Notes: a model not told the origin generated them from the letters alone. A stretch of DNA of 64,000 bases from Gemmatimonadaceae bacterium (GCA_051859245.1 JBHYGA010000006.1:96001-160000), one strand, 5' to 3'. Positions 10,224-20,571 are shown, numbered from the stretch's first letter. Translations and numbers: made by a program.

Positions 10224-10250
10224 TCAAGATCTGCTGAGCCCGGCCGACAC
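10224..10250 (+). promoter_or_regulatory. Sigma28 (FliA)-like promoter of flgL-fliW
   Basis: TCAA-N15-GCCGACAC versus consensus TAAA-N15-GCCGATAA. Confidence 0.6.
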
Positions 10251-10324
10251 TGTAATAGACGTGCGCCATCTGTGACGTGCAACCACGCTGGCGCGTGATC
10301 CTGTTTCCCGGTTCTCAGTCGCCG

Positions 10325-11236
10325 ATGCGCGTTACCAATCAGACGGTTCTTCGCAACAGCATCAGTCGTCTGCAGCAGAATCTGCAGTCAGTGGAACGCG
10401 CGCGAGAAGATATCGCGTCGGGTCTGCGGTTGCGTAAAATGTCGCAGGATCCGACCTCCGGCTCCGAAGTGGTGCGCGTTGGCAGCTCCATGCGCGCCAT
10501 TGAGCAGTTCCGTCGCAACATTCGCATGGCGACGGCCAAGGTGGATACCGAAGAGCGCGTGCTCGACAGTCTGACCAACGGACTCGGCCGCGCCCTTGAG
10601 CTCGCCGTGTCGCAGGCGTCAAGCACAGCGACCGCCGCAACGCGCTTGTCGGTAAAGGACGAGGTAGATTCGCTGATCGGCTTCGTAGTCGGACTCGCAA
10701 ACACCCGTTTTGGCGACGACTTCCTGTTTGGCGGCACACGCGGCGGTGAGGCACCGTTTCAGAATCCGCCCACGGCCGGTGGCGACTTTCGCGCCTTGGA
10801 GAATCCGCCTGGTACGCTGGTAGATCCGTCGGGCACGATTCCGATCGAGATCAGCGACGGCCGCTTCATGGTGCCCAATCACGACGGCACGCAGGTGTTT
10901 CTCGATACGAACGCGCTGTCGAGTCTGCGCGATCTGTCAGAAGCACTTGGGGCCAACGATGTCGCCGGAATTTCCACCGCGATCGACAGTCTGCGCGAAT
11001 CTGCGTCCAGCGTACAGTCGTTGATTGGTACGCAGGGTGCGCGTGCGAACGAACTCATGGCGGCAGAAACCTCGCTGGGCGATCTCGAACTCACGCTGAA
11101 GGCATTCCGTTCAGAGCTGCGTGACACCGAGGTCGACAAGGCGATGGTCGAGCTTGTAGGACGCCAGACGATGTACCAGGCCGCCATGTCGGCCACCTCG
11201 CGAGTGCTTGGATTGAGCCTCGCCAACTATCTATGA
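10325..11236 (+). CDS. flgL: Flagellar hook-associated protein 3
   Basis: MRVTNQ...IASGLRLRKMSQDP, ANTRFGDDFLFGG, GARANEL, and C-terminal YQAAMSATSRVLGLSLANYL. Confidence 0.92.
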   Translation: MRVTNQTVLRNSISRLQQNLQSVERAREDIASGLRLRKMSQDPTSGSEVVRVGSSMRAIEQFRRNIRMATAKVDTEERVLDSLTNGLGRALELAVSQASSTATAATRLSVKDEVDSLIGFVVGLANTRFGDDFLFGGTRGGEAPFQNPPTAGGDFRALENPPGTLVDPSGTIPIEISDGRFMVPNHDGTQVFLDTNALSSLRDLSEALGANDVAGISTAIDSLRESASSVQSLIGTQGARANELMAAETSLGDLELTLKAFRSELRDTEVDKAMVELVGRQTMYQAAMSATSRVLGLSLANYL

Positions 11237-11763
11237 GCGCTGGCTTCGACGGATCGAACGCCAGCGTCCCGCCCGACCCTTCCATGCTTGTGGCACCATC
11301 TGCTGTTGAAACGTCAGTTCCCGAGCGCGTTATCGAATCGCTCGTGCTTGGTGATACCGTCATTCCCGCGGAAAGTCTGTACACGTTTCCAGAAGGGATG
11401 CACGGATTCGAATCGCACCGAGAGTTTGCTCTGGTTCCGTGTGAACGCCCGAGTTTCTGGTGGTTGCAGGCGACGGACGAACCAGGCCTCGCATTTCTGC
11501 TGGTGGATCCGTTTGTGGCGCACGCCGGCTACGAGGTGGATCTCGGCGCGGGTGACGAGAAGTTTCTTGGACTCACGAACGCCTCCGATGCTCTGGTGCT
11601 CACGGTGGTGACCCTGCCTGCCGCGAAGGGACAGCCTGCCACGACCAACTTGCGCGGTCCGCTGGTGTTCAACACAGCGCAGCGTCGTGCACGGCAGATT
11701 GTGAGCAACGTGGAAAGCTACAGTCTCCACGCCACGGTAAACGTTACGCCACGCGATTCGTAG
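11233..11763 (+). CDS. fliW: Flagellar assembly factor FliW (CsrA antagonist)
   Basis: FPEGMHGFE, WLQ, LAFLLVDPF, TTNLRGPLVFN, ARQIV; ATGA-coupled to flgL. Confidence 0.92.
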   Translation: MSAGFDGSNASVPPDPSMLVAPSAVETSVPERVIESLVLGDTVIPAESLYTFPEGMHGFESHREFALVPCERPSFWWLQATDEPGLAFLLVDPFVAHAGYEVDLGAGDEKFLGLTNASDALVLTVVTLPAAKGQPATTNLRGPLVFNTAQRRARQIVSNVESYSLHATVNVTPRDS

Positions 11764-13018
11764 CAGCGGTGAGCGCCGAGTGGCGCCGCCGCTGAGCGGC
11801 CGCCACTCGTGCGACATCCTTCGGCAGCAACAATCCACGTGACGCAAGCGCACGCGCGTCGATGTCCGCCGGCATTCCATACTGTTCGAGCACCGCTGCG
11901 GTGAGCTGCTTGAGATAATCCGGAATGGGCTCGTTCGTCGGCGCTGCGAAATGGCGTGCAAAAAACTCGGGATGGTGCTCAACGGTGCCCGCCGGATCCG
12001 TGAGATGCGCAATTGCGCGCGCACCAAACTTCACGTGATCGTGCCACTGCTGCACATACGCGAGCCCCTCGTGCGCTAACTGCGTGCGAGACTCTCGGTT
12101 TGTGAGCAGTCGACGCAGTTGCTCCGTTGTGGCTCGCACGTCAGGGGTAATGCGGCACAGTGGACGCGGCGCGGGCAATCGCTCGATCTCCGGTGAGTCG
12201 CTCGTCGCCACTGCACACCCACTCGCCCATGCGTCCACGGTGGTGCGGCCGTGCATGGCATTGTTGGTTTGATCAATCACAACGTCCGCATTGCTGAAAA
12301 TACTGAGCAGCTCGGTGTGCGGAACGTTCTCGATCAGCTGGAGCTCAAATGCCACGCCCTCGGTTCGAAGTTGCTCCAGGGCCGCGAGAATCACATGTGA
12401 CCCTTTGCGCCCTCGACTCGACGGTGCATGCACCACCAACGGTACCTCACGGCCGTGCACTTGCGGCAAGTATTTCGCCAGCTGAATCGGAACGCTGGCG
12501 TGATGGTACGGTCGGATGGCCAGTGACGCGAAGTTCGGCTGCGCGTACACCACATCGGCAAACAGCTCCATCATGCGATGCGCGTGCATTGTCGCCGCAA
12601 GCGGCATCAGCTCGAACCCTTCGGCGAGTGACAGGCCGTGCTGCTCGTACAACTGCGAGTACGCCGCGCCGGCGCGAATGTCACAGCCAAGCGCCGTATA
12701 GATGATGCGCTTGCCCAGTTTGCGGTACAGCGGCAAATCGCTCAAATCATCTACGAAACTGTGACGGGCCCACTGGAAGTACAAGACATCATGCTGCGAG
12801 ACGAGGTTGCCGAACTCGATGGCGTCGAGGGCAGTGGTGGCGCGATTTGAGTAGTCGTAGTCGTACGTGTCAGGCCACCACTCGTTGCGCACCTTCACAA
12901 CCGTTGTTACGTGATGACCGTTGGCGCGAAACGCGTCGGCAACAACAGGAAGTAGTCCGGCGATTTCGCAGGTGCCAAGCAGAATGCGCAGCGGTCGGTC
13001 TGTGGGAAGCGGCTGCAT
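11744..13018 (-). CDS. GT-B fold glycosyltransferase
   Basis: LGCDIR, VVHAPSSRGRKGS, ADVVIDQ, DAWASG; last gene of the leftward glycan operon. Confidence 0.75.
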   Translation of the reverse strand: MQPLPTDRPLRILLGTCEIAGLLPVVADAFRANGHHVTTVVKVRNEWWPDTYDYDYSNRATTALDAIEFGNLVSQHDVLYFQWARHSFVDDLSDLPLYRKLGKRIIYTALGCDIRAGAAYSQLYEQHGLSLAEGFELMPLAATMHAHRMMELFADVVYAQPNFASLAIRPYHHASVPIQLAKYLPQVHGREVPLVVHAPSSRGRKGSHVILAALEQLRTEGVAFELQLIENVPHTELLSIFSNADVVIDQTNNAMHGRTTVDAWASGCAVATSDSPEIERLPAPRPLCRITPDVRATTEQLRRLLTNRESRTQLAHEGLAYVQQWHDHVKFGARAIAHLTDPAGTVEHHPEFFARHFAAPTNEPIPDYLKQLTAAVLEQYGMPADIDARALASRGLLLPKDVARVAAAQRRRHSALTAATNRVA

Positions 13019-13024
13019 GGTTGG

Positions 13025-14206
13025 TCAGATGCTCTGAAAATGCTCGGCGCCAACACCAGGAACACACACCGCACGGTGTGATGCGGCCCAGCGTTCAATG
13101 CTGTCGACAACTTGCGGCACGTGTTCGTGAATGCCGTGCCAGAGTGGTAGTCGCACGAGTGAGTCTGACGCACGAAGCGTGCGTTCAAGCGAGCCGTGTG
13201 TTCGCGCGTAACGATGGCCGGCCGGCGTATTGTGCAGCGGCTGGTAGTGGAACGTGGCGCCGAATCCGTCTTGTGCGAGAGAACGAATCAATGCGTTGCG
13301 TTCGGCTGGCGAGTTGCAGCGCACAAAGTAGATGTGGCCGTTGAGTGTTGCCTCAGACGGAACGACGGGTCGCATGAGCACCTGGTCGTGCTCCAGCGGT
13401 TCGAGCAGGTCGTGGTATGCGTACCAGCTTGCACGCCGGGTTTCGGTCACCATCGCACATGCTTCAAGCTGCGCCAGCAGAAAGGCGGCCGTGAGCTCGT
13501 TCGGCAGATACGACGAGCCGAGGTCACGCCAGGTGTAGCGATCCACCTCGCCGCGCAAATACTGCGAACGGTCCGTGCCTTTCTCGCGCAGCAGTTCGGC
13601 GCGCGCCATCCACTGGGGGCGCGACAAAAACGCGCCGCCTTCGCCAGCACCAATGTTCTTGGTGGCGTGAAAGCTGATACACCCCATGTCTCCGACTGCA
13701 CCCAGCGGTACGCCGCGCCACTGCGCGCCAATGGCTTGCGCGGCATCTTCAACAAGTGCGAGTCCGAACTCTGCCGCAATCGCGCCCAATGCATCGAGAT
13801 CAGCCGCGATACCGGCGTAGTGCACCACAAAGATCGCCTTGGTGCGCGACGTAATGGCGGCCCGCACGCATTGAGGATCAATGTTCATGGTGCGATCATC
13901 GATGTCGACAAACACTGGTGTCGCACCACGCAATGCCACCGCATTGGCGGTAGACGTGAAGGTGAACGACGGCATGATCACTTCGTCACCGGGCGACAGG
14001 TCCAGCAGCAGCGCGCACAGCTCCAGCGCCGCCGTTCCGGAATGCACCAGCAACGCACCGCGCCCCGGGTGCGCCAGCTCCAGCCACGATCGCACACGTT
14101 TGCTAAACGGCCCGTCGCCCGACAAATGTCCGTGGGCCATCGCCTCGGCAACATACGCCGCGCCGAACGGCGACACGTAGGGTCGTGTGAATGGAACGCG
14201 AATCAT
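13025..14206 (-). CDS. rffA: dTDP-4-amino-4,6-dideoxyhexose transaminase (WecE/RffA family)
   Basis: LSGDGPFS, PSFTFTSTANA, VEDAAQA, SFHATKN, EKGTDRSQ, GSSYLPNEL, FHYQPLH. Confidence 0.88.
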   Translation of the reverse strand: MIRVPFTRPYVSPFGAAYVAEAMAHGHLSGDGPFSKRVRSWLELAHPGRGALLVHSGTAALELCALLLDLSPGDEVIMPSFTFTSTANAVALRGATPVFVDIDDRTMNIDPQCVRAAITSRTKAIFVVHYAGIAADLDALGAIAAEFGLALVEDAAQAIGAQWRGVPLGAVGDMGCISFHATKNIGAGEGGAFLSRPQWMARAELLREKGTDRSQYLRGEVDRYTWRDLGSSYLPNELTAAFLLAQLEACAMVTETRRASWYAYHDLLEPLEHDQVLMRPVVPSEATLNGHIYFVRCNSPAERNALIRSLAQDGFGATFHYQPLHNTPAGHRYARTHGSLERTLRASDSLVRLPLWHGIHEHVPQVVDSIERWAASHRAVCVPGVGAEHFQSI

Positions 14207-15141
14207 GCGGCGACACGTGGACGTGATGTAAGCGATGCATCAGCCACTGGCGCGACCATCGTATTCGTAAACGATTCCTCGCGCACGATCTGCCGCAAAT
14301 AGGCGCCGTAGGCCGAGCTTCCGTAACGAGCGGCAAGCCGCTCCAGTTGTTCGGTAGAGATATATCCCAGTCGAAACGCGATCTCTTCCGGGCAACTCAC
14401 CTTGAGGCCCTGCCGCTCTTCAATCGCGTGCACAAATGCGGAAGCGGCCATCAACGATTCGGGCGTGCCCGTGTCGAGCCACGCTGTGCCGCGACCCAGG
14501 CGGTTGAGACGCAGCGTTCCTTCGCGCAGGTAACGCGCGTTGAGGTCAGTGATTTCGAGCTCACAACGTGGGCTGGGCGTGAGTTCGCGTGCATAGCGTG
14601 GCGCGTTTCCGTCATAAAAGTACAGGCCGACCACAGCGAGCGATGAACGCGGTACGGCGGGCTTTTCCTCCAGCGAAAGCACCCGTCCTGCGGCGTCAAC
14701 TTCGGCCACGCCATACGCCGATGGATCACGCACCTGATAACCAAAAATCGTGGCGCCTTCGCGCTGCGACGCGGCCTCGCGCAGTCGTGGCTCAAGGCCG
14801 CTGCCGTACAACACATTGTCGCCGAGCGCGAGGCACACACCGCGATCGTCAACGTGATGTTCACCAATGCACAGCGCCTCCGCAATGCCGCGCGGTGCAT
14901 GCTGCACTGCGTACGTCAAGCTCAAACCCAGCGATGAGCCATCACCGAGCAGTTCGCAAAAGCGCGGCAGCTCAGACGGCGTACTGATAATGAGCACGTC
15001 GCGGATGCCAGCCAGCATCATCGTGGAGAGCGGATAGTAGATGAGCGGCTTGTCGTACACCGGCAGCAACTGCTTGCTCACTACCGCCGTGAGCGGATAC
15101 AATCGCGAGCCGGCGCCGCCGGCGAGCAAGATGCCCTTCAT
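14203..15141 (-). CDS. rfbA: Glucose-1-phosphate thymidylyltransferase
   Basis: MKGILLAGGAGSRLYPLT, SKQLLPVYDKP, LEEKP, ELEITD, AWLDTGT. Confidence 0.96.
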   Translation of the reverse strand: MKGILLAGGAGSRLYPLTAVVSKQLLPVYDKPLIYYPLSTMMLAGIRDVLIISTPSELPRFCELLGDGSSLGLSLTYAVQHAPRGIAEALCIGEHHVDDRGVCLALGDNVLYGSGLEPRLREAASQREGATIFGYQVRDPSAYGVAEVDAAGRVLSLEEKPAVPRSSLAVVGLYFYDGNAPRYARELTPSPRCELEITDLNARYLREGTLRLNRLGRGTAWLDTGTPESLMAASAFVHAIEERQGLKVSCPEEIAFRLGYISTEQLERLAARYGSSAYGAYLRQIVREESFTNTMVAPVADASLTSRPRVAA

Positions 15142-16214
15142 ACGCGCGCTCCAAGTCCGAGGCGCGATGCGTCGTACGCACCGCCAAGAATCGATTGCCA
15201 CCAGCTGGCATGCTCGAGATACCACCGCACTGTTTGCTCGAGACCGTGCTCCATTGACGTTCGCGGTGCCCAGCCCAGCTCACGCTCAATGCGCGAGGGG
15301 TCAAGCGCGTAGCGCGTGTCGTGTCCCGGTCGGTCGGTGACAAACGCAATGGCGGAGGCGTGCGATTGTCCATCCGCACGCGGCGACAAACGATCCAGTG
15401 CAACGCACAGCGAGTCAACAACACTGCGATTTGACCGAACTTCACGCGCGCCCACAACGTACGTGCGGCCAACCGCTCCTGCTGCAGCGATCCGACACAA
15501 CGCGTTCGCGTGATCTTCAACGAAGATCCAGTCGCGTTGCTGCAATCCGTTACCATAGATCGGCAGAGAATCGCCGCGAAGCGCGCGCACCATCAGATGC
15601 GGAACCAGCTTCTCGGGAAACTGCCAGGGGCCGTAGTTGTTGCCACAGTTCGAGATCAGCGTGGGCAAGCCGTAGGTGGCGTGCCACGCCCGCACCAGAT
15701 GATCCGACGCTGCTTTGCTGGCCGCATACGGCGACGACGGCGCGTAGGGTGTTGCTTCAGTGAAAAACTCGTCTGGTGCAGCGCAGCCGAACACTTCATC
15801 AGTTGAGCAATGCACGAACCTGAAGGTGTGCGCGTGCGGTTCCGGCCTTCCGCGCCAGTACCGCGTGCAGGCGTCGAGCAGTACCTGTGTGCCGACCACA
15901 TTCGTTTCGATAAACGGACGCGCCGAGTCAATCGAGCGATCCACGTGCGTTTCAGCCGCGAGATGAAATACGACCGTTGGTTGATGCGTTGCGAGCGTAT
16001 GCGCTACCATATCGGAATCGCAGATATCACCCACGACCAGTTCATGGCGCGTGTCGTGCGGCCACCCCTCGCGCGCCAGAGGATTAGCCGCGTACGTGAG
16101 TTTGTCGAACGACACGACGCGGTCGTATTGCTCGGCCAGCAGCGCGCGTACAAGTGCGCCGCCAATGAAGCCCGCTCCACCAGTGACCAATGCCACGCAG
16201 GGCGCATTAGTCAT
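15138..16214 (-). CDS. rfbB: dTDP-glucose 4,6-dehydratase
   Basis: VTGGAGFIG, DKLTYA, HLAAETHVDRSI, STDEV, YAASK, NNYGPWQFPEKL, DRPGHDTRY. Confidence 0.96.
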   Translation of the reverse strand: MTNAPCVALVTGGAGFIGGALVRALLAEQYDRVVSFDKLTYAANPLAREGWPHDTRHELVVGDICDSDMVAHTLATHQPTVVFHLAAETHVDRSIDSARPFIETNVVGTQVLLDACTRYWRGRPEPHAHTFRFVHCSTDEVFGCAAPDEFFTEATPYAPSSPYAASKAASDHLVRAWHATYGLPTLISNCGNNYGPWQFPEKLVPHLMVRALRGDSLPIYGNGLQQRDWIFVEDHANALCRIAAAGAVGRTYVVGAREVRSNRSVVDSLCVALDRLSPRADGQSHASAIAFVTDRPGHDTRYALDPSRIERELGWAPRTSMEHGLEQTVRWYLEHASWWQSILGGAYDASRLGLGARV

Positions 16215-17422
16215 GCTGCCACCTTGCTGAGCGCGAGTTGTTGCATGAGCTCCGCGAATACTGGTGCACGTTTGTGCCATCCGAGTGGCGCAACGTGCCG
16301 AGCCGCAGCCACACCACGACGCCGTGCGTCGGCGGTATCGCTGTATGCCAGCTCCAGTGCGTCCACGATTTCATCAACGTCTGCTGAGCCCCATCCATCA
16401 GTGCCACGCACGCCAGCATCCGCTGCGTTTACGGGGGACAACGAGGTAAGCGGATAGGCAAATGCTGGCTGCGCAAGTTCCTTGTGCGCCGTGTTGTGCG
16501 ATACGATGCAGGGTACACCGCTAGCCATGCACTCCAGCATGGCCGTTGACGGCGTTGCTTCCGCGCGATTGGGGAACAACCCCACATGCGCCTCGCGAAC
16601 GATGTCTGGCAATAAACCGTTGCTCACAAGGCCAACGTCCACCACGCTGTCGGCTGGAATGCCAAACTGTGAGAGCCACGGCGCAATCTGGAGCTGCCCT
16701 CCAACAAACGGTGGAAGCCCGAGCGAAGGCGTGGTTCCTGGAAAGGTGGAAAGCTGTTCGGGCCACGGATGTTGCCACGCGCAAACGAGCAACGCATCAG
16801 GATGACGCTGTCGAAACGCGCGCACTGCGTTGATGACCAGATCCTGCCCCTTTCGATAGTCCAATCGCCCTGCAGAGTAGATCACGAAACGACCGGCGAA
16901 CACGTTGCGCCGCGCGCCGGGATGGAAACGACGTGAATCCAGACCAGTGGCGAACTGCTGAACGTTTGTGAGCCCTGCTGACTGCAGCAGCTCGGTTTGC
17001 CACGGCGATGCCGCGAGCAGCGTCGATTCACGCTTGCCACGTTCCAGCGTTGCCGCGTCGATCACGGTGTCGGTAAGCGATGCAAAACCGACTGATCGGG
17101 CGAAGTCCCGATCCAGTGGATTGGGCAGCGCACGCAGCTCGTCGCCCAGAGTACGCACCAGGGTTGCCGGAACACGAAGCGACGTTGGCGTACGCAGTAA
17201 CCGATCCAATGCCACGGCACCATGCTGCATGAACTCGCGCAGTTTGGTAATCTCCGCGTCGCTGCAAAACTGAACCCATGAACTCGCCGCGAGCTTGGGT
17301 ACAACCTGTAGCTGCGAAGATTCGTGAAGCTGCAGTGACAGATGCAGCGAGCGCAACTCGGCGCTGGAGATCGTGCCCGCCGGGCAGTCAAGCATGATTT
17401 GCGGAACGGTCCTGGTTGTCAT
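16211..17422 (-). CDS. GT4-like glycosyltransferase
   Basis: GRLDYRKGQD, GLFPNRAE...MLECMASGVP; ATGA-coupled on both sides. Confidence 0.85.
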   Translation of the reverse strand: MTTRTVPQIMLDCPAGTISSAELRSLHLSLQLHESSQLQVVPKLAASSWVQFCSDAEITKLREFMQHGAVALDRLLRTPTSLRVPATLVRTLGDELRALPNPLDRDFARSVGFASLTDTVIDAATLERGKRESTLLAASPWQTELLQSAGLTNVQQFATGLDSRRFHPGARRNVFAGRFVIYSAGRLDYRKGQDLVINAVRAFRQRHPDALLVCAWQHPWPEQLSTFPGTTPSLGLPPFVGGQLQIAPWLSQFGIPADSVVDVGLVSNGLLPDIVREAHVGLFPNRAEATPSTAMLECMASGVPCIVSHNTAHKELAQPAFAYPLTSLSPVNAADAGVRGTDGWGSADVDEIVDALELAYSDTADARRRGVAAARHVAPLGWHKRAPVFAELMQQLALSKVAA

Positions 17423-18642
17423 GCCGCGATTCCCCGTGAACGTCGTGCCTGCGAGGCGAGCACCGCCTGTTCCACTATTGACAACCACTGCCGGCCTTCG
17501 TGCTCCCACGTGAATCGTGCGCTGACTTCGGCGGCGCGAGCACGGTAGGCATCAAGAGGTTGGCTCATAAATGCCTCAATCGCCAGCGCGAAGTCGCGCG
17601 GTGTGGCCAGATGCGCGTTTACGCCAACGCCGAGATCACCCACAAAACGACGAAGCTCAGGACCGTGGGACGCGAGGATCGGTAAACCAGCAGCCAGAAA
17701 CTCGTACAACTTGTTCGGCGACACCAACCACGTGTTCAGGTCAGAGTGCGGATACGGAATGATGCCGGCGTCTGCACCAACCGTCCAGCTGAGCAGTTCA
17801 GCGGCCGATTTCTCCGGCACGAAATGCACGCGAGTGCCGAGCAGTCCACGTTCGCGGGCGCGCTCCTTGAGCGCTTCGCCAACCGCTGAACTTTTGCCCA
17901 TGAACGCGAGGATCACATCTGGCGATTGCACCAGCGCCATGCCGTCAACGAGCTCTTCGAGGTTCCGGCTTGCAGCAAGGTTTCCCTGATACAGCAGCAC
18001 ACGCTGATGCGGTTGCGCACCGAGAAAGGCGCGCATGGGGCTGTCTTCGGCGCGCAGCACAGCGCTGTGTCGTCGGCTGGGACAGTTCAGGACCGTGTGC
18101 GGACGCGGACAGGCATAGCGCATGGCCATCAGGTCGGCGATGCTGTCGTTCACCGTAACGAGCGCGTCTGCGTACGGCACCAACGCCCGCTCCATGGATT
18201 CGAGCGTTGATTCCTGCGATTTCGTGAACGGCTGCGACGGGTAGTACTCGTGCGCGTCGTAGATGAGCGCGGCGTTGTGATGCTGCGCGGCAATGATGCC
18301 GGCTGCGAGCTGCGGCAAGTCGTTCGCGATCACAACTTCGGCGCGAAACGCAAGTGCAGCACTGAGCACACGTCTATGCCAGGCAAAGTGTTTGCCGGCC
18401 GCAATGACCGCGGCGTCGCCGTGATCAGTAGTTGGACCGGCCGGCACGTGCGGGCCCGTCACCCTGAAGATTGGCACATCCGGATAACTCGCTTCATCGG
18501 CCAGATCATCTGGCGCCGGACCGGCAATCACGAGTGTAGGCCAACCCGCTTCCGTCAGCAATCGTGCGCCGTCGAGAATACGACGATCAACCCGATCGTC
18601 GATGCAGAGCGTTACGATGCGATACTGCGCGCGGAGATCCAT
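17419..18642 (-). CDS. GT4-like glycosyltransferase
   Basis: IYDAHEYY, LYQGNL, ADAGIIPY, SPNKLYEFLAAGLP. Confidence 0.88.
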   Translation of the reverse strand: MDLRAQYRIVTLCIDDRVDRRILDGARLLTEAGWPTLVIAGPAPDDLADEASYPDVPIFRVTGPHVPAGPTTDHGDAAVIAAGKHFAWHRRVLSAALAFRAEVVIANDLPQLAAGIIAAQHHNAALIYDAHEYYPSQPFTKSQESTLESMERALVPYADALVTVNDSIADLMAMRYACPRPHTVLNCPSRRHSAVLRAEDSPMRAFLGAQPHQRVLLYQGNLAASRNLEELVDGMALVQSPDVILAFMGKSSAVGEALKERARERGLLGTRVHFVPEKSAAELLSWTVGADAGIIPYPHSDLNTWLVSPNKLYEFLAAGLPILASHGPELRRFVGDLGVGVNAHLATPRDFALAIEAFMSQPLDAYRARAAEVSARFTWEHEGRQWLSIVEQAVLASQARRSRGIAA

Positions 18643-18669
18643 GATGTGAAGCGGACGGAATATCGGGTG

Positions 18670-20571
18670 TCAGGCTGCGATCGCTGAGGACTCAGCATCA
18701 CGAAAGCGTCGGAGCCACCATTCAAAGCACAGGAACGACCAGATCACCAGACGATGATTCACGCGGCCCGACACGTGTTCATCGAGCAACGTGTGCACAA
18801 CCGAGGGTTCGATGAACTCGTACAGGCGGGCGTCGCGGCGTGAGAGCAGTGTGCGGATGTAGTCAATGCTTTGTCCGCGAAACCAACTCCCGTCAGGTGC
18901 TGAGAACCCCTGCTTCTTGCCGTTCGCATACGATGCGGGCACGTAGCGCGACAACGCTTTGCGCAGAATCAGCTTGCCGTCGCCCGTTTCGTTGAAATAC
19001 TTGTCCGCCTTCGCGCCGGGCGTGTTCTCGTCAAAGCGTACGATGCGATCCACATGCTTGAGCTTGTACTTGACTGGTACGCGCATCGCAAAGTCCACCA
19101 GATCGTTGTCAAGGAACGGGACACGCGTTTCCAGGCCGTGCGCCATAGACAGCTTGTCTTCGACCAGCAGCAATCCGGGAAGAAACGTGGAGAGCTCGAA
19201 GTACAACGAGTGGTTCACGTAGTCATCGGGCGACATCGCAAGAAACGAGCGCCGGCGCAGCACATCGCGAAAGGCTCGTTCAGGAGCTTCGTGATCCATC
19301 TGTGACGCGACAGATCCGCGAAAGAATCCGCTGCGGTGCTGATCCGGAATGAGGCGCTGCCAGTATTCGTAATACTTGGCGAGATATTGTGCCGCGTCAT
19401 CATTCTTGACGGCGCGATAGTAACGCCACGGATAGCCAGCAAAAATTTCGTCACCGCCGGTGCCTGCAAGCACCACCTTCACAAAACGTGAGGCGAGTCG
19501 CGACACATAGTAGTTCGGATAACTCTGCCCCACGCGCAGGTCTTCCAGGTGCCACACCAGCTCCGGCAGCACCCGTTCCATGTCGCCGGCCTTGAGCACG
19601 ACCTGATAGTGCTCCGTTTTGTACGCGTTCGACAGCATCTCGGCTTTCGCACGCTCGTCAAACCCGAGCTCCAGTCCCGACGCAGACGACAAATCAAAAC
19701 CGGCGGTGAAGCTTTTCACGTTCGGAAACCGACGCGCGGTCACGCAGGTAATCGCGCCTGAATCAATGCCCCCGCTCAGATACGTGCCCACTTCGACATC
19801 GGCGTCCATTTGCCGATTCACGGCCGCCTGAAACAGACGATCGAGTTCTTCCACGTACTCCGCCTCGCTCACACCCTGTTCCTGTCGGAACTCATAGTCC
19901 CACCACCGACGCACGGAGAACGTGTCGGGGCGACCCATGGTCAGCGTGATCGCGTGCGCACGCGGCAGCAGCTTCACGCCAGCAAAGAGCGTCTGGTCGG
20001 AGAAGACGTTCTGAAACGTGAAGTACTCGCCGAGTGCGGCGGCATTCACCCGAACCGACATGGTCGGATGTTGCAGCAGCGATTTGATCTCGGAGCCAAA
20101 CAACAGCGTGTCGCCGTCCCAGGAGTAGTAGAGCGGCTTCACGCCAAACCGGTCGCGCGCGAGCAGCACGCGCGACTCACGGGAGTCCCAGAGCGCAAAG
20201 GCGAACATTCCGTTGAACTTCTCAAGACATTTCACGCCCCACGCGCGATAGGCCTCAATCAGTACCTCGGTGTCGCTCTGCGTTCGAAAAGTTGACCCCA
20301 ACTTTTCGAGTTGCTGCCGGAGCTCCCGCCAGTTGTAAATCTCACCGTTGAAGGTGACGACGATGGTCCCGTCGGCCGATCGCATGGGCTGGTGGCCGGC
20401 GGGCGACAGGTCAACAATGGCCAATCGACGATGCCCAAAACCCACGCCAGCGTGCGACCACTGGCCCTCACCATCGGGTCCGCGGTGCCGCACGATATCG
20501 GTCATGGCGCGCAGCACGCCCGGCTGAACCGGGGCGCCGAACACCTGAACGACTCCGGCTATTCCGCACAT
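18670..20571 (-). CDS. asnB: Asparagine synthase-like glutamine amidotransferase (glycan-modifying, WbpS type)
   Basis: N-terminal MCGIAG, HRGPD, GHRRLAIVD, FNGEIYN, LSGGIDS, ETRVPFLD, KKQGF. Confidence 0.92.
   Translation of the reverse strand: MCGIAGVVQVFGAPVQPGVLRAMTDIVRHRGPDGEGQWSHAGVGFGHRRLAIVDLSPAGHQPMRSADGTIVVTFNGEIYNWRELRQQLEKLGSTFRTQSDTEVLIEAYRAWGVKCLEKFNGMFAFALWDSRESRVLLARDRFGVKPLYYSWDGDTLLFGSEIKSLLQHPTMSVRVNAAALGEYFTFQNVFSDQTLFAGVKLLPRAHAITLTMGRPDTFSVRRWWDYEFRQEQGVSEAEYVEELDRLFQAAVNRQMDADVEVGTYLSGGIDSGAITCVTARRFPNVKSFTAGFDLSSASGLELGFDERAKAEMLSNAYKTEHYQVVLKAGDMERVLPELVWHLEDLRVGQSYPNYYVSRLASRFVKVVLAGTGGDEIFAGYPWRYYRAVKNDDAAQYLAKYYEYWQRLIPDQHRSGFFRGSVASQMDHEAPERAFRDVLRRRSFLAMSPDDYVNHSLYFELSTFLPGLLLVEDKLSMAHGLETRVPFLDNDLVDFAMRVPVKYKLKHVDRIVRFDENTPGAKADKYFNETGDGKLILRKALSRYVPASYANGKKQGFSAPDGSWFRGQSIDYIRTLLSRRDARLYEFIEPSVVHTLLDEHVSGRVNHRLVIWSFLCFEWWLRRFRDAESSAIAA

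Noticed and set aside
11764..12027. csrA downstream of fliW
   Set aside because: No MLxLxR...GE-type ORF; the space is occupied by the convergent glycosyltransferase.
13196..14302. Long antisense or alternative-frame ORFs (also 8293-9249, 39174-40289, 55275-56438, 56086-57198)
   Set aside because: They shadow well-supported genes and lack motifs; typical high-GC artefacts.
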